This document shows positions 1 through 8,840 of a stretch of DNA of 37,576 nt, in pieces (the stretch's first letter is position 1; each line of letters begins with the position of its first letter). The translations under genes were made by a program, and so were the position numbers. Source of the stretch: Actinomycetota bacterium (GTDB lineage Bacteria; Actinomycetota; Actinomycetes; Mycobacteriales; Mycobacteriaceae); assembly GCA_046725575.1 (NCBI GenBank), contig JBKOYU010000175.1, positions 1 to 37,576 on the forward strand. The letters run 5' to 3'. The notes under the pieces were generated by a model. The model was not told the origin of the DNA. It did no database searches and was given only the letters and a program-made list of their open reading frames with translations.

Positions 1-123
1 GCTCAGTTCGTTGAGGCTGATCTGGCCGACCGGCATGGTCTCCAGCATCGACGATGCGGTGTCCAGGATGCCTCGTCGGCGGATCTCGCGGTGCTCCTCG
101 CTTCGTGCCCGTTGAAACGTCAT
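1..123 (-). CDS. TetR/AcrR family transcriptional regulator, 5' part only (runs off window)
   Basis: Manual translation from ATG at 123 gives MTFQRARSEEHREIRRRGILDTASSMLETMPVGQISLNELS, a typical actinobacterial TetR N-terminal HTH start. Not in the ORF track. Confidence 0.8.
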   Translation of the reverse strand, partial: MTFQRARSEEHREIRRRGILDTASSMLETMPVGQISLNELS

Positions 124-378
124 GAACCGTTACCGGTCAGAACCTACGGGTGACGGGCGGAGCGTGACGTTCCGACGTTGGGGCGGCGCTGTCCTTTGGG
201 CTTGCAACGAGGTCCCTAGTCCCCGTCGACCTCCGGAGTGCCGAGTGCCGCACATTGGCCGCAGCGAATGTTGTTGTTGTCGTGGCTAATTGCCATCATG
301 ATGCTTTCGCGGCGGCGCCGAGCCCGAAAGGGACGAGAAGACCCCACCTATCCCGCAGGCCGCGACCCGGTGAAAATT

Positions 379-423
379 ACGCCCGCGGCGTGGGGCCGGT
401 GCGTGAATTTCGCTAACAGACGT
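379..423 (-). pseudogene. Remnant of the first ~15 codons of the FAD-oxidoreductase gene (copy of ~17052-17098)
   Basis: Minus strand ACGTCTGTT...CACGCCGCGGGCGT versus GTGTCTGTT...CACGCCGCGGGCGT at the intact gene start; start codon mutated. Confidence 0.6.
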
Positions 424-487
424 AGATATTCGCTAGTCCGCGGTCGTAGCCGATGTGACCGCACCTACATGACAGGAGTGCCATCTC

Positions 488-928
488 ATGGTAGAGATCA
501 GCGCGTCCAGCACCGTCTTGATTGACGCCCCGCCGGAGCACGTGCTGGCGGCGGTGGCCGACTATGTGACCGTTCGTCCGAAGATCCTGTCCCCGCATTT
601 CAGCGGCTACCGGGTGCTTCAGGGCGGACGGGGTGCGGGCACCGTTGCCACCTGGAAGTTGCAGGCGACGAAGTTGCGTTTGGTCGACGTCAAGATCACC
701 GTCAACGTGGCAGGCATGACCGTCAGCGAGAAAGACGTGAACTTGTCGATGATCACCAACTGGACGGTCGCTCCGTCCGGGGCCGCGTCGTCGGTGTCGG
801 TGAAGACGTCGTGGCAGGGCTCAGGCGGTATCAGGGGTCTCTTCGAAAAGATTTTTGCGCCGCTGGGTCTGCGCAAGATTCAAGACGAACTGGTCGTGAA
901 CCTGAAGAAGGAGGTGGAGCGCCGGTAA
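488..928 (+). CDS. SRPBCC/polyketide cyclase family protein, paralog of 17162-17602
   Basis: 146 aa; aligns along its full length with the 17162-17602 product; ACAGGAG SD upstream. Confidence 0.85.
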   Translation: MVEISASSTVLIDAPPEHVLAAVADYVTVRPKILSPHFSGYRVLQGGRGAGTVATWKLQATKLRLVDVKITVNVAGMTVSEKDVNLSMITNWTVAPSGAASSVSVKTSWQGSGGIRGLFEKIFAPLGLRKIQDELVVNLKKEVERR

Positions 929-1183
929 GCGGCCTAACGTTCAACAGTGAGAAGGGATTTCGCACCACCAAGCCGACCTTGGCCGCGGCGTCGCTGCGAC
1001 TCCGGGGTGCGGGAGTCGGCCAGACGCAATTCCCTTCGCGGCAACGCACGCAGGCGAGGGATAACACCCAAAGCGCTCGCTCTCGTGGCTGTCGGATATC
1101 CACGATCTGCTTTAACCGTTACAGCTTTAGCCAATTATCGGCCAGCCGGAACAGGTTGGCTCGCATCGCAGTTGGAGTGACTC

Positions 1184-2056
1184 ATGACAAACATCAAACC
1201 CAACCTCGGCCGGTTTGGCGTATTCGGAACAGGCGTGACCCCCGACCAAGCGAAAGACATTGAGGCGCTGGGCTACGGCGCCGTCTGGGTGGCCGGCTCC
1301 CCGCCTGCCGAGCTGGACTGGGTGGAACCGATCCTGGACAACACCACCACGCTGCAAGTGGCGACGGGCGTTATCAACATCTGGAGCGCGGACGCGGGAC
1401 GGGTCGCTGAGTCGTTCCATCGAATCGAGAAAGCCCATCCCGGCCGCTTCTTGCTCGGTATTGGCGTCGGCCACCCCGAGGCGGACGAGGAATTCCGCAA
1501 GCCGATCGACGCGATCAATGACTACCTCGACAAGCTCGATGAATACGGAGTGCCGAAGGGGTCGTCGCGTGCTCGCTGCGCTGGGACCCCAACTGCTCAA
1601 GCTGTCCGCGCGCCGCACGGCCGGTACGCATCCGGCTAACACCACACCCGAGCACACCGCACAAGCGCGGCAGGCGCTCGGCCCCGACGCGTTCATCGCA
1701 CCCGCGCACAAGGCCGTGTTGACCACCGATGCCGAGAAAGCACGCGCAGTGGCCCCCACGGCACTCTACATTTACCTCGACCTCACCAATTACCTCAACA
1801 GCTTGAAGCGACTCGGCTTCACTGACGACGAACCTCACCAAGCCCGGCAGCGACCGCCTCGTCGATGCACTCATCGCCCGGCAGCGACCGCCTCGTCGAT
1901 GCACTCATCGCCCACGGCAGCACTGAGGCCATCGCGACGCGCCTCACCGAGCACCTCGACGCCGGCGCCGACCATGTACCTGTGCAAGTGCTCACCGAAC
2001 CTGAAAACCTCGTCGCGGCACTCACCGAATTGGCCGGACCATTCGGCCTGAGATAA
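1184..2056 (+). pseudogene. LLM-class F420-dependent oxidoreductase, disrupted
   Basis: Homologous segments lie in three ORFs (1184-1639, 1260-2051, 1865-2056). Extra G at ~1558-1561, extra base at ~1833, and a 34-bp tandem duplication. Motifs GYGAVWVAGS, GRFLLGIGVGH, HLDAGADHVPVQ. Confidence 0.85.
1842..1909. repeat. Perfect 34-bp tandem duplication
   Basis: GCCCGGCAGCGACCGCCTCGTCGATGCACTCATC at 1842-1875 and 1876-1909. Confidence 0.95.
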
Positions 2057-2272
2057 GACTAAGGGCGACTCGCTGCCGTACCGCAAGTCTGTATCAACAT
2101 CCGTGCTCCGCAATTCAATTGGCCGTCTATGCCATTCCGGGTCATCAGTCAACTGGCAATTTCACGCACTAATGGCCGAGAATGGTGTCACCCGACAGAG
2201 CCCGGCTGAGACCGCTGAGCTCGGCGAAGCAATCCGATCCGCCATTCGGTGACACCCCTCCTTTGATGCTTC

Positions 2273-3349
2273 TCAGCCGACGCTTGGGCCGAGGCCGGGA
2301 ACGATGTCGTTGAGGCTGAAGGTTACTGGGCGCTCGAGTTGGGAGTAGGTGCATGAGCGAGGGTCGCGCTCGGGCCGCCAACGCTTGAATTGGGCAGTGT
2401 GGCGGAACCTCTCACCTTCCATGTAGTCGTAACGAACCTCGACCACCCGCTCGGGTCTCAGCGGTACGAATGAAAGGTCCTTCCCGGCGTTCCAACGCGA
2501 GCCTTCGTTCTTGCGTGGGGTGCGTTGGCCAGCTTCGTGAGCGGCCCAGTCCCACGGGTGGCCGTCGAAGCTGGTAACGAGCGGCTGCAGCTCTGTGAAC
2601 AGGTGCCGCCGGGTCGCCATCGGAAAGGCGCCGATGACGCCGACCGATGCCAGTGTGCCGTCGTCCTTGTACAGCCCGAGCAGCAGCGAGCCGATCGCGT
2701 CGTCACCGGACTTGTGCACGCGGTAGCCGGCAACCACGCAGTCGGCGGTCCGCTCGTGCTTGATCTTGAACATGACGCGCTTGTCCGGCTGATAGGTGAT
2801 CGTCAGCGGTTTGGCGATCAGCCCATCGAGCCCGGCACCCTCGAACTCGTCGAACCAACGCTGCGCGGTCGCCAGGTCCGTGGTCGCCGGCGTGACATGG
2901 ATCGAGGGGGCGGCGTCGGCCAGTGCGTCGACCAGGGCGGCGCGGCGCTCGCTGAACGGCCGCCCGGTGTAGTCGTCGTCATCGAGGGCGAGCAGGTCGA
3001 AGGCGATGAACGAGGCGGGTATCCGCTCGGCGAGCATGCGTACCCGCGACGCAGCCGGGTGCAGCCGCAGCTGCAGCGCCTCGAAGTCCAAGCCGTGGTC
3101 GGTGGCGATGACGATCTCACCGTCGATGACGCAACGCTGCGGCAGCTCGGCCGTGACTGCTTCTACCAGCTCCGGGAAGTATCGAGTCATCGGTCGTTCG
3201 TTGCGGCTGCCCAGCTCCACCTCGTCGCGATCGCGAAAACAGATCGTCCGGAACCCGTCCCACTTCGGCTCGTAGGAGGCGCCGGGCGGGATCGAGCGAA
3301 CTGGTTTGGCCAACATCGGCGACACCGGCGGCATCACAGGCAGCTTCAC
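2273..3349 (-). CDS. ligC: ATP-dependent DNA ligase LigC (Rv3731-type)
   Basis: EPKWDGFR motif I, DGEIV, EGAGLDGLIAK, RFRHTAQF. Start (V)KLPVMPPVSPMLAK matches the LigC N-terminus; alternative ATG at 3376. Confidence 0.95.
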   Translation of the reverse strand: MKLPVMPPVSPMLAKPVRSIPPGASYEPKWDGFRTICFRDRDEVELGSRNERPMTRYFPELVEAVTAELPQRCVIDGEIVIATDHGLDFEALQLRLHPAASRVRMLAERIPASFIAFDLLALDDDDYTGRPFSERRAALVDALADAAPSIHVTPATTDLATAQRWFDEFEGAGLDGLIAKPLTITYQPDKRVMFKIKHERTADCVVAGYRVHKSGDDAIGSLLLGLYKDDGTLASVGVIGAFPMATRRHLFTELQPLVTSFDGHPWDWAAHEAGQRTPRKNEGSRWNAGKDLSFVPLRPERVVEVRYDYMEGERFRHTAQFKRWRPERDPRSCTYSQLERPVTFSLNDIVPGLGPSVG

Positions 3350-3403
3350 CGCCTCATTCTCGCCCGCCGATGACATTGCCCGGGCTCGGCGGTCTACGTG
3401 AGT

Positions 3404-4456
3404 ATGGAAACCGTGGACCTCCCCGTACTGCCGCCGCTCGAGCCGATGCTGGCCAAGGCCCAGGCCAAGATTCCACCCGACCCGGGGGTGTGGTCCTACG
3501 AGCCGAAATGGGACGGCTTCCGTGCTCTGGTCTTCCGCGATGGCGACAAGGTCGTCATTCAGTCGCGCAACGGTAAGGAGCTCGGCCGCTACTTCCCCGA
3601 GCTGGAGCAGGCGCTGCGTGACGAGCTCGCGCCGCGTTGCGTGCTCGACGGGGAGGTGGTCGTGCCGCGCGAGATCGGCGGGCGCATCAGGCTGGACTGG
3701 GAATCGCTGTCGCAGCGCATTCACCCCGCCGCGAGCCGGATCAAGATGCTGGCCGAGCAGACGCCCGCACACTTCATCGGCTTCGACGCGCTCGCGACTG
3801 GCGACACGTCGCTGATGGGGGAGCCGTTCCGGGTCCGTCGGCAGGCGCTATCCGAGGCGGTGAGCGAGAAGCAGTGGTGCCACGTCACCCGCACCACCGA
3901 GGATCCCGACCAGGGCGCGCAGTGGGTCGATACGTTCGAGGGCGCAGGGCTTGACGGGGTGATCGCGAAGAGGCTCGATGGCCCATATCTGCCGGGCAAG
4001 CGGGAGATGGTCAAGGTCAAGCACGCCCGCGACGCCGACTGCGTGGCCATCGGCTACCGCATCCACAAGAGCGGCGAGGGCGTCGGGTCGATTCTGCTTG
4101 GGCTGTACCGCGACGACGGCGAACTGCAGATGGTCGGCGGCGCTGCGTCATTCACCGCCAAGGACCGGCTCAAGCTACTGGCCGACCTCGAGCCGCTACG
4201 CGAGGGCGACGAGGCGGTCGACGGGGCGCCGAGCCGGTGGAACTCCGCGGCCGACAAGCGGTGGATCCCGGTGCGCCCCGAGAAGGTGTGCGAGGTGGCT
4301 TACGACCAGATGGAGGGAAACACCGTGCACGGCCAACGATTTCGGCATGCGGTGAAGTTCATGCGGTGGCGGCCGGACCGCGATCCGGAAAGCTGCACCT
4401 TCGAGCAGCTCGAGGTGCCCCTGAACTACGACCTCTACGACGTGTTGGAGTCCTGA
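3404..4456 (+). CDS. ligC: Second ATP-dependent DNA ligase LigC paralog
   Basis: YEPKWDGFR, LDGEVV, EGAGLDGVIAK; divergent from the first ligC. Start could be GTG 3413. Confidence 0.93.
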   Translation: METVDLPVLPPLEPMLAKAQAKIPPDPGVWSYEPKWDGFRALVFRDGDKVVIQSRNGKELGRYFPELEQALRDELAPRCVLDGEVVVPREIGGRIRLDWESLSQRIHPAASRIKMLAEQTPAHFIGFDALATGDTSLMGEPFRVRRQALSEAVSEKQWCHVTRTTEDPDQGAQWVDTFEGAGLDGVIAKRLDGPYLPGKREMVKVKHARDADCVAIGYRIHKSGEGVGSILLGLYRDDGELQMVGGAASFTAKDRLKLLADLEPLREGDEAVDGAPSRWNSAADKRWIPVRPEKVCEVAYDQMEGNTVHGQRFRHAVKFMRWRPDRDPESCTFEQLEVPLNYDLYDVLES

Positions 4457-4457
4457 A

Positions 4458-5531
4458 ATGGCAACGCCTGCAGAGGAACTCGATGTCGATGGGGTAAAGG
4501 TCCGGCTGACCAACCCGGATAAGGTGTACTTCCGGAAGCTGGGCTCCGCCGGCACGAAGCGCAAGCTCGTCGAGTATTACCTGGCCGTCGCAAGTGGTCC
4601 CATGCTAACGGCGCTGCGGGATCGGCCGACGCATCTGCAGCGGTTTCCCGACGGCATCGATGGCGAGGAGATCTATCAGAAGCGAATTCCGCAGCACGCC
4701 CCGAACTACCTGGAGACGTGCCGGGTGACGTTTCCGTCCGGCCGCACCGCCGACGCGCTGAAGGTGACGCACCCGTCGGCGATCGTGTGGGCGGCGCAGA
4801 TGGGCACCATCACGCTGCATCCGTGGCAGGTGCGCTGCCCGGACACCGAGCATCCCGACGAGCTGCGCATCGACCTGGATCCGCAGCCGGGGACGGGTTT
4901 CAAGGAGTCCAGCGCGATCGCGGTCGACGTCCTCAAGCCGATCCTCGACGAGCTCGGCCTGGTCGGATACCCGAAGACTTCCGGTGGCCGCGGTGTGCAC
5001 GTGTTCCTGCGGATCAAGACGGACTGGGATTTCATTGCGGTGCGCCGGGCGGGTATCGCGCTGGCGCGTGAGGTGGAGCGGCGTGCGCCCGATGCGGTGA
5101 CCACGTCGTGGTGGAAAGAAGAGCGCGGCAACCGCCTCTTCATCGACTACAACCAGAACGCGCGTGACCGCACCTTCGCGTCGGCGTACTCGGCGCGCAA
5201 GACGCCGATCGCGACCGTGTCGATGCCCCTGTCGTGGGAGGAGCTGCGCGACGCGGACCCCGACGACTACACCATCGCCACCGCGCCAGCCGTGGTGGCC
5301 GGGCGCGACGACCCGTGGGCCGAGATCGATTCCCAGGCACAGTCACTCGAGCCGCTGCTGGAGATGGTCAAGGCCGATGAGGAACGGGGGCTGGGCGACC
5401 TGCCGTATCCGCCGAACTATCCGAAGATGCCGGGCGAGCCGCCTCGCGTGCAGCCCAGCAAGAAGGTGGCGGCGAATTGGGACGACGAGGGCAACCCGGT
5501 GAGCCGCGACACCGACCGGAAGAAGACGTGA
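4458..5531 (+). CDS. Prim-PolC, stand-alone LigD-type primase-polymerase (Rv3730c/PolD1-like)
   Basis: AEP motifs RIDLDP, KTSGGRGVHV, FIDYNQN; C-terminal PNYPKMPGEPPRVQPSK; starts 1 nt after the ligC stop. Confidence 0.93.
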   Translation: MATPAEELDVDGVKVRLTNPDKVYFRKLGSAGTKRKLVEYYLAVASGPMLTALRDRPTHLQRFPDGIDGEEIYQKRIPQHAPNYLETCRVTFPSGRTADALKVTHPSAIVWAAQMGTITLHPWQVRCPDTEHPDELRIDLDPQPGTGFKESSAIAVDVLKPILDELGLVGYPKTSGGRGVHVFLRIKTDWDFIAVRRAGIALAREVERRAPDAVTTSWWKEERGNRLFIDYNQNARDRTFASAYSARKTPIATVSMPLSWEELRDADPDDYTIATAPAVVAGRDDPWAEIDSQAQSLEPLLEMVKADEERGLGDLPYPPNYPKMPGEPPRVQPSKKVAANWDDEGNPVSRDTDRKKT

Positions 5532-6598
5532 ACTCTCCTACAACAGATGCAAGGCGTCGTCACGACCCGGACGTTCGCGGCTTCGCGAGTGACAACTACG
5601 CGGGTGTTCACCCTGAGGTGCTCGCCGCTCTCGCGCTGGCCAACGGCGGGCATCAGGTCGCCTACGGTGACGACGCATACACCGAGAACCTGCAGGGCAT
5701 CATCCGCGACCACTTCGGCGCGACCGCCGAGGCATTCCCGGTCTTCAACGGCACGGGTGCGAATGTGGTTGCGCTGCAAGCGGTCACCGATCGCTGGGGT
5801 GCCGTTGTGTGTGCCGAGAGTGCGCACATCAACGTCGACGAGTGCGGCGCGCCTGAGCGGATGGGCGGGCTCAAGTTGTTGACCGTTCCCACGCCCGACG
5901 GCAAGCTCACGCCGGAGCTGATCGACCGGCAGGCCTGGGGCTGGGCCGACGAACACCGGGCCATGCCGCAGGTCGTCTCCATCACACAGAGCACCGAGCT
6001 GGGCACGCTGTATACGCCGGAAGAGATCCGAGTGATCTGCGAACAGGCGCACGCCCGGGGTATGAGGGTGCACGTGGACGGCTCGCGGATCGCCAACGCC
6101 GGCGCTTCACTGGGCATGCCGATCAGCGTGTTCACCTCTGACGTCGGCGTGGACATCCTGTCGATGGGCGGCACCAAGAACGGTGCGCTGTTGGGCGAGG
6201 CGGTCGTTGTACTCAATCAGGATGCCGTCACCCACATGAAGCACCTCCGCAAGCTGTCGATGCAGCTGCACTCCAAGATGCGCTTCGTCTCCGTGCAGCT
6301 GGAGGCGCTGCTGGCCAAGGACCTGTGGCTGCGTAACGCCAGGCACGCGAACGAGATGGCCCGGCGCCTCGCCGACGCGGTGCGCGCGATCGACGGAGTG
6401 CGGGTCCTTCATCCCGTGCAGGCCAACGCGGTCTTCGCTCGGCTGCCGCACGACGTCAGCGTGCGGCTGCAGAAGCGCGTCCGGTTCTATTTCTGGGACG
6501 AGGCGGCCGGCGACGTCCGCTGGATGTGCTCGTTCGACACCACCGAGGCCGATGTCGACGCCTTCGTCGCGGCCCTCAAGGAGGAGATGGCGCGCTAG
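5528..6598 (+). CDS. ltaE: Low-specificity L-threonine aldolase (PLP)
   Basis: FASDNYAG, NGTGAN, HVDGSRIAN, GGTKNG (PLP lysine); GTGA overlap with the Prim-PolC stop. Confidence 0.9.
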   Translation: MNSPTTDARRRHDPDVRGFASDNYAGVHPEVLAALALANGGHQVAYGDDAYTENLQGIIRDHFGATAEAFPVFNGTGANVVALQAVTDRWGAVVCAESAHINVDECGAPERMGGLKLLTVPTPDGKLTPELIDRQAWGWADEHRAMPQVVSITQSTELGTLYTPEEIRVICEQAHARGMRVHVDGSRIANAGASLGMPISVFTSDVGVDILSMGGTKNGALLGEAVVVLNQDAVTHMKHLRKLSMQLHSKMRFVSVQLEALLAKDLWLRNARHANEMARRLADAVRAIDGVRVLHPVQANAVFARLPHDVSVRLQKRVRFYFWDEAAGDVRWMCSFDTTEADVDAFVAALKEEMAR

Positions 6599-6782
6599 CC
6601 AGGCGTAGCAGGTCGTCGGCGTTGCGGTGCGCGACTCGTGCCGCGATCGTTCTCACCGTCTTCCTGGGGCGCCGGCGTCCGCAGCACTGACGGCACTCGG
6701 CTCCACGCGTCGTGAGGGCGCGGGCGGCTACCCGGGTGCAACGATCGACGGACACCGACGTTCGAAGTAGCCTGGGGGCCCG

Positions 6783-7220
6783 ATGCAGACCATCCGCAAA
6801 TTGCTCGCAGCGCTCGCGATCGTCGCGCTGCTTGTCGGCGGCATCAGCATCGCGGTGGCCCTGATCTTCGGCGACCACTCGAAACCTCCACCGGCCACCA
6901 CGCCGCGAACGACACTGGCCCCGCCGCCACCCTCCGTACCCACACCCAAGGAGTTCACGATCAACGTGGTCGTCACCGAGCAGAACTGTGAACCAGGTCC
7001 AGGTTGTGCCTACAAGTACACGATCGAGCCGAAATACGTTGGCTTCCATCCATTGCCGACCACCCCGTTCACCGTCAAATACGAGGTGCAGGGTGGCAAC
7101 CAGCCGCAGCCCGGTGAGTTCACCGTCGAAGGCAATGAGGCCAAGATCCTCAAGGACGTGATCATCGAGGGACCGCCGGCCGCCCGACTGCAGGCGGTGG
7201 TACTGCAGGTGATCGGCTGA
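6783..7220 (+). CDS. Hypothetical membrane-anchored/secreted protein with Pro-rich linker and Cys pair
   Basis: N-terminal hydrophobic helix, PPPATTP linker, CEPGPGC; high-GC3 codon use. Confidence 0.75.
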   Translation: MQTIRKLLAALAIVALLVGGISIAVALIFGDHSKPPPATTPRTTLAPPPPSVPTPKEFTINVVVTEQNCEPGPGCAYKYTIEPKYVGFHPLPTTPFTVKYEVQGGNQPQPGEFTVEGNEAKILKDVIIEGPPAARLQAVVLQVIG

Positions 7221-7234
7221 ATATTGCGAATCCG

Positions 7235-7660
7235 TATGCTGCCATCGCCAACGGTGGCAGCATCGACGACACCCAGTTCCTGTCCGGCGAGCTGGCACAG
7301 GGTCTGATCGGAAATCCGAAGCCGTGGCCGGACCTGAACATCGTCGTGCCCATGCCGTTCCATCTCGGCTATCACGAATCGCCGATTCCCGGACTACTCA
7401 AAGGTTTTGGCCACATCGGCCTTGGCGGCACCCTCGGGTGGGCCGACCCGGCGTCCGGCAGCGCGTTCGCGTTCGTCCACAACCGGCTGTTGACCCCGAT
7501 GGTGCTCGACATGGCCTCGTTCGCCGGGCTGGCCCGGCCGATGCGCAATGCCATCACCGCAGCGCGGCATGCCGGGCCTCTCGCGGTGCCGAGGTACGGT
7601 GCGCGCTACCGACACGCCGGCCAGCAAGCCCCCAAGAAGCGGCTCGCCGGACGCCGCTAA
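7235..7660 (+). pseudogene. C-terminal fragment of a beta-lactamase-family serine hydrolase (LipL-like)
   Basis: In-frame YAAIANGGSID...FHLGYH...FGHIGLGGTLGWADP..AFAFVHNRL. The N-terminal region with SxxK is absent and there is no room for it. Confidence 0.8.
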
Positions 7661-7725
7661 CCTGCCCGCCCGCTGTGGCCCGAATTCGCCGGACGCATCG
7701 CGGGTTTGGTCGAGCGCGTCGAACG

Positions 7726-8790
7726 TCAGGCCTGAGCGACGACTCCGCGCGGCAGGATCAGCGGCAGGTCGTTGTAGGTGACGATGCCCGGCGCAGCGGC
7801 GACGACGGCGGGTATCGCGTTCAGCGGCGGCGTCGCGGTCATGATGTGGCCCAGCACCATGAACTCTTCCAGGGTGGTGGCCTCGAAATCCGGTGGCGGC
7901 AGGAAGCCGACCGTCATCGTCACGGTCGGCCTGCCCGCGACCTCGATGACCCAGCCGTCCTGCTCGATCTTCCAATCCGGTTCCAGCGTCTGGCCTTTGC
8001 GCCACCCGACGTTGATCTCGGCTCTTGTCTGCCCACCGACGATGCCCTTCCAGCTGGCGTAGACACCGGCGACGCACCCGGCCGGGATGGTCCACGAGCC
8101 GAGGTCGAGGTCTTGGGTGGTCTGGGCGTATTCGGCGTCGCAGCGGACCTCGTCGAATTCGATACCCAGGGCGTCGCCGACCATTCGCACCGCCTCGCCG
8201 AACACACCGGTGCCGTGCGCCGTCATGGTCTGCAGGTCGGGATGGTCGATCGGCTGACCGAAACCGACCGGCTTCTCGGTTTCGGGTGAGTCGTAGAACG
8301 TGGTGTCGGCGGCCTCGTTGACGGTGATCTTGTCGACCCGGTCGCAGATGCCTGCCGCCACGATGGACAACTGGTTGACGTAGCCCGGGCTGATGCCCGA
8401 CCCGAACATCGTCGACCCGCCGCGCCGACACGCATCGGCGATCTTCTCGCGGCCCTCGCCTTGGTTGTGTCCGGTGATGAACGACGCCGTCGCGACGACA
8501 TTCACGCCCGCTTCGAGGATGCGGACGAGTTCGTCGACGTCGATCCACATCGGGTTGTAGACCACGACGTCGGGTTTGAGCGCGAGCAGCGCGTCGACGT
8601 CGTTGGTGGCCTGTATACCCAGCGGCTCTAGCCCGCAGAGCTCGCCGACGTCGCGGCGGGCCTTGTCCTCCGACCAGGCGTAACAGCCGACGAGTTCAAG
8701 TGTGGGATTGGCCCCGATGGCCGCCACGGAGCTCTTGCCGACATTTCCCGTCGTCCATTGGACGACCCGATAAGGAGCGGTGTTGTGCAC
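7726..8790 (-). CDS. Dihydrodipicolinate-reductase-like / NAD(P)H-dependent amine dehydrogenase family protein
   Basis: Rossmann start RVVQWTTGNVG, GSGISPG, C-terminal NAIPAVVAAAPGIVTYNDLP; TATGCT -10 6 nt before GTG. Confidence 0.8.
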   Translation of the reverse strand: MHNTAPYRVVQWTTGNVGKSSVAAIGANPTLELVGCYAWSEDKARRDVGELCGLEPLGIQATNDVDALLALKPDVVVYNPMWIDVDELVRILEAGVNVVATASFITGHNQGEGREKIADACRRGGSTMFGSGISPGYVNQLSIVAAGICDRVDKITVNEAADTTFYDSPETEKPVGFGQPIDHPDLQTMTAHGTGVFGEAVRMVGDALGIEFDEVRCDAEYAQTTQDLDLGSWTIPAGCVAGVYASWKGIVGGQTRAEINVGWRKGQTLEPDWKIEQDGWVIEVAGRPTVTMTVGFLPPPDFEATTLEEFMVLGHIMTATPPLNAIPAVVAAAPGIVTYNDLPLILPRGVVAQA

Positions 8791-8840
8791 TCGCTCAGCA
8801 TAGGGTGGCGCGACCGACGGATCGAGGGCTTTGGCTCAAC

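Noticed and set aside
929-1183. Small ORFs between the SRPBCC copy and the LLM pseudogene
   Set aside because: No SD, motif or codon bias that I can support.
1842-1909. Repeat as a CRISPR array
   Set aside because: Two adjacent copies with no spacer, inside a coding remnant, and no cas genes.
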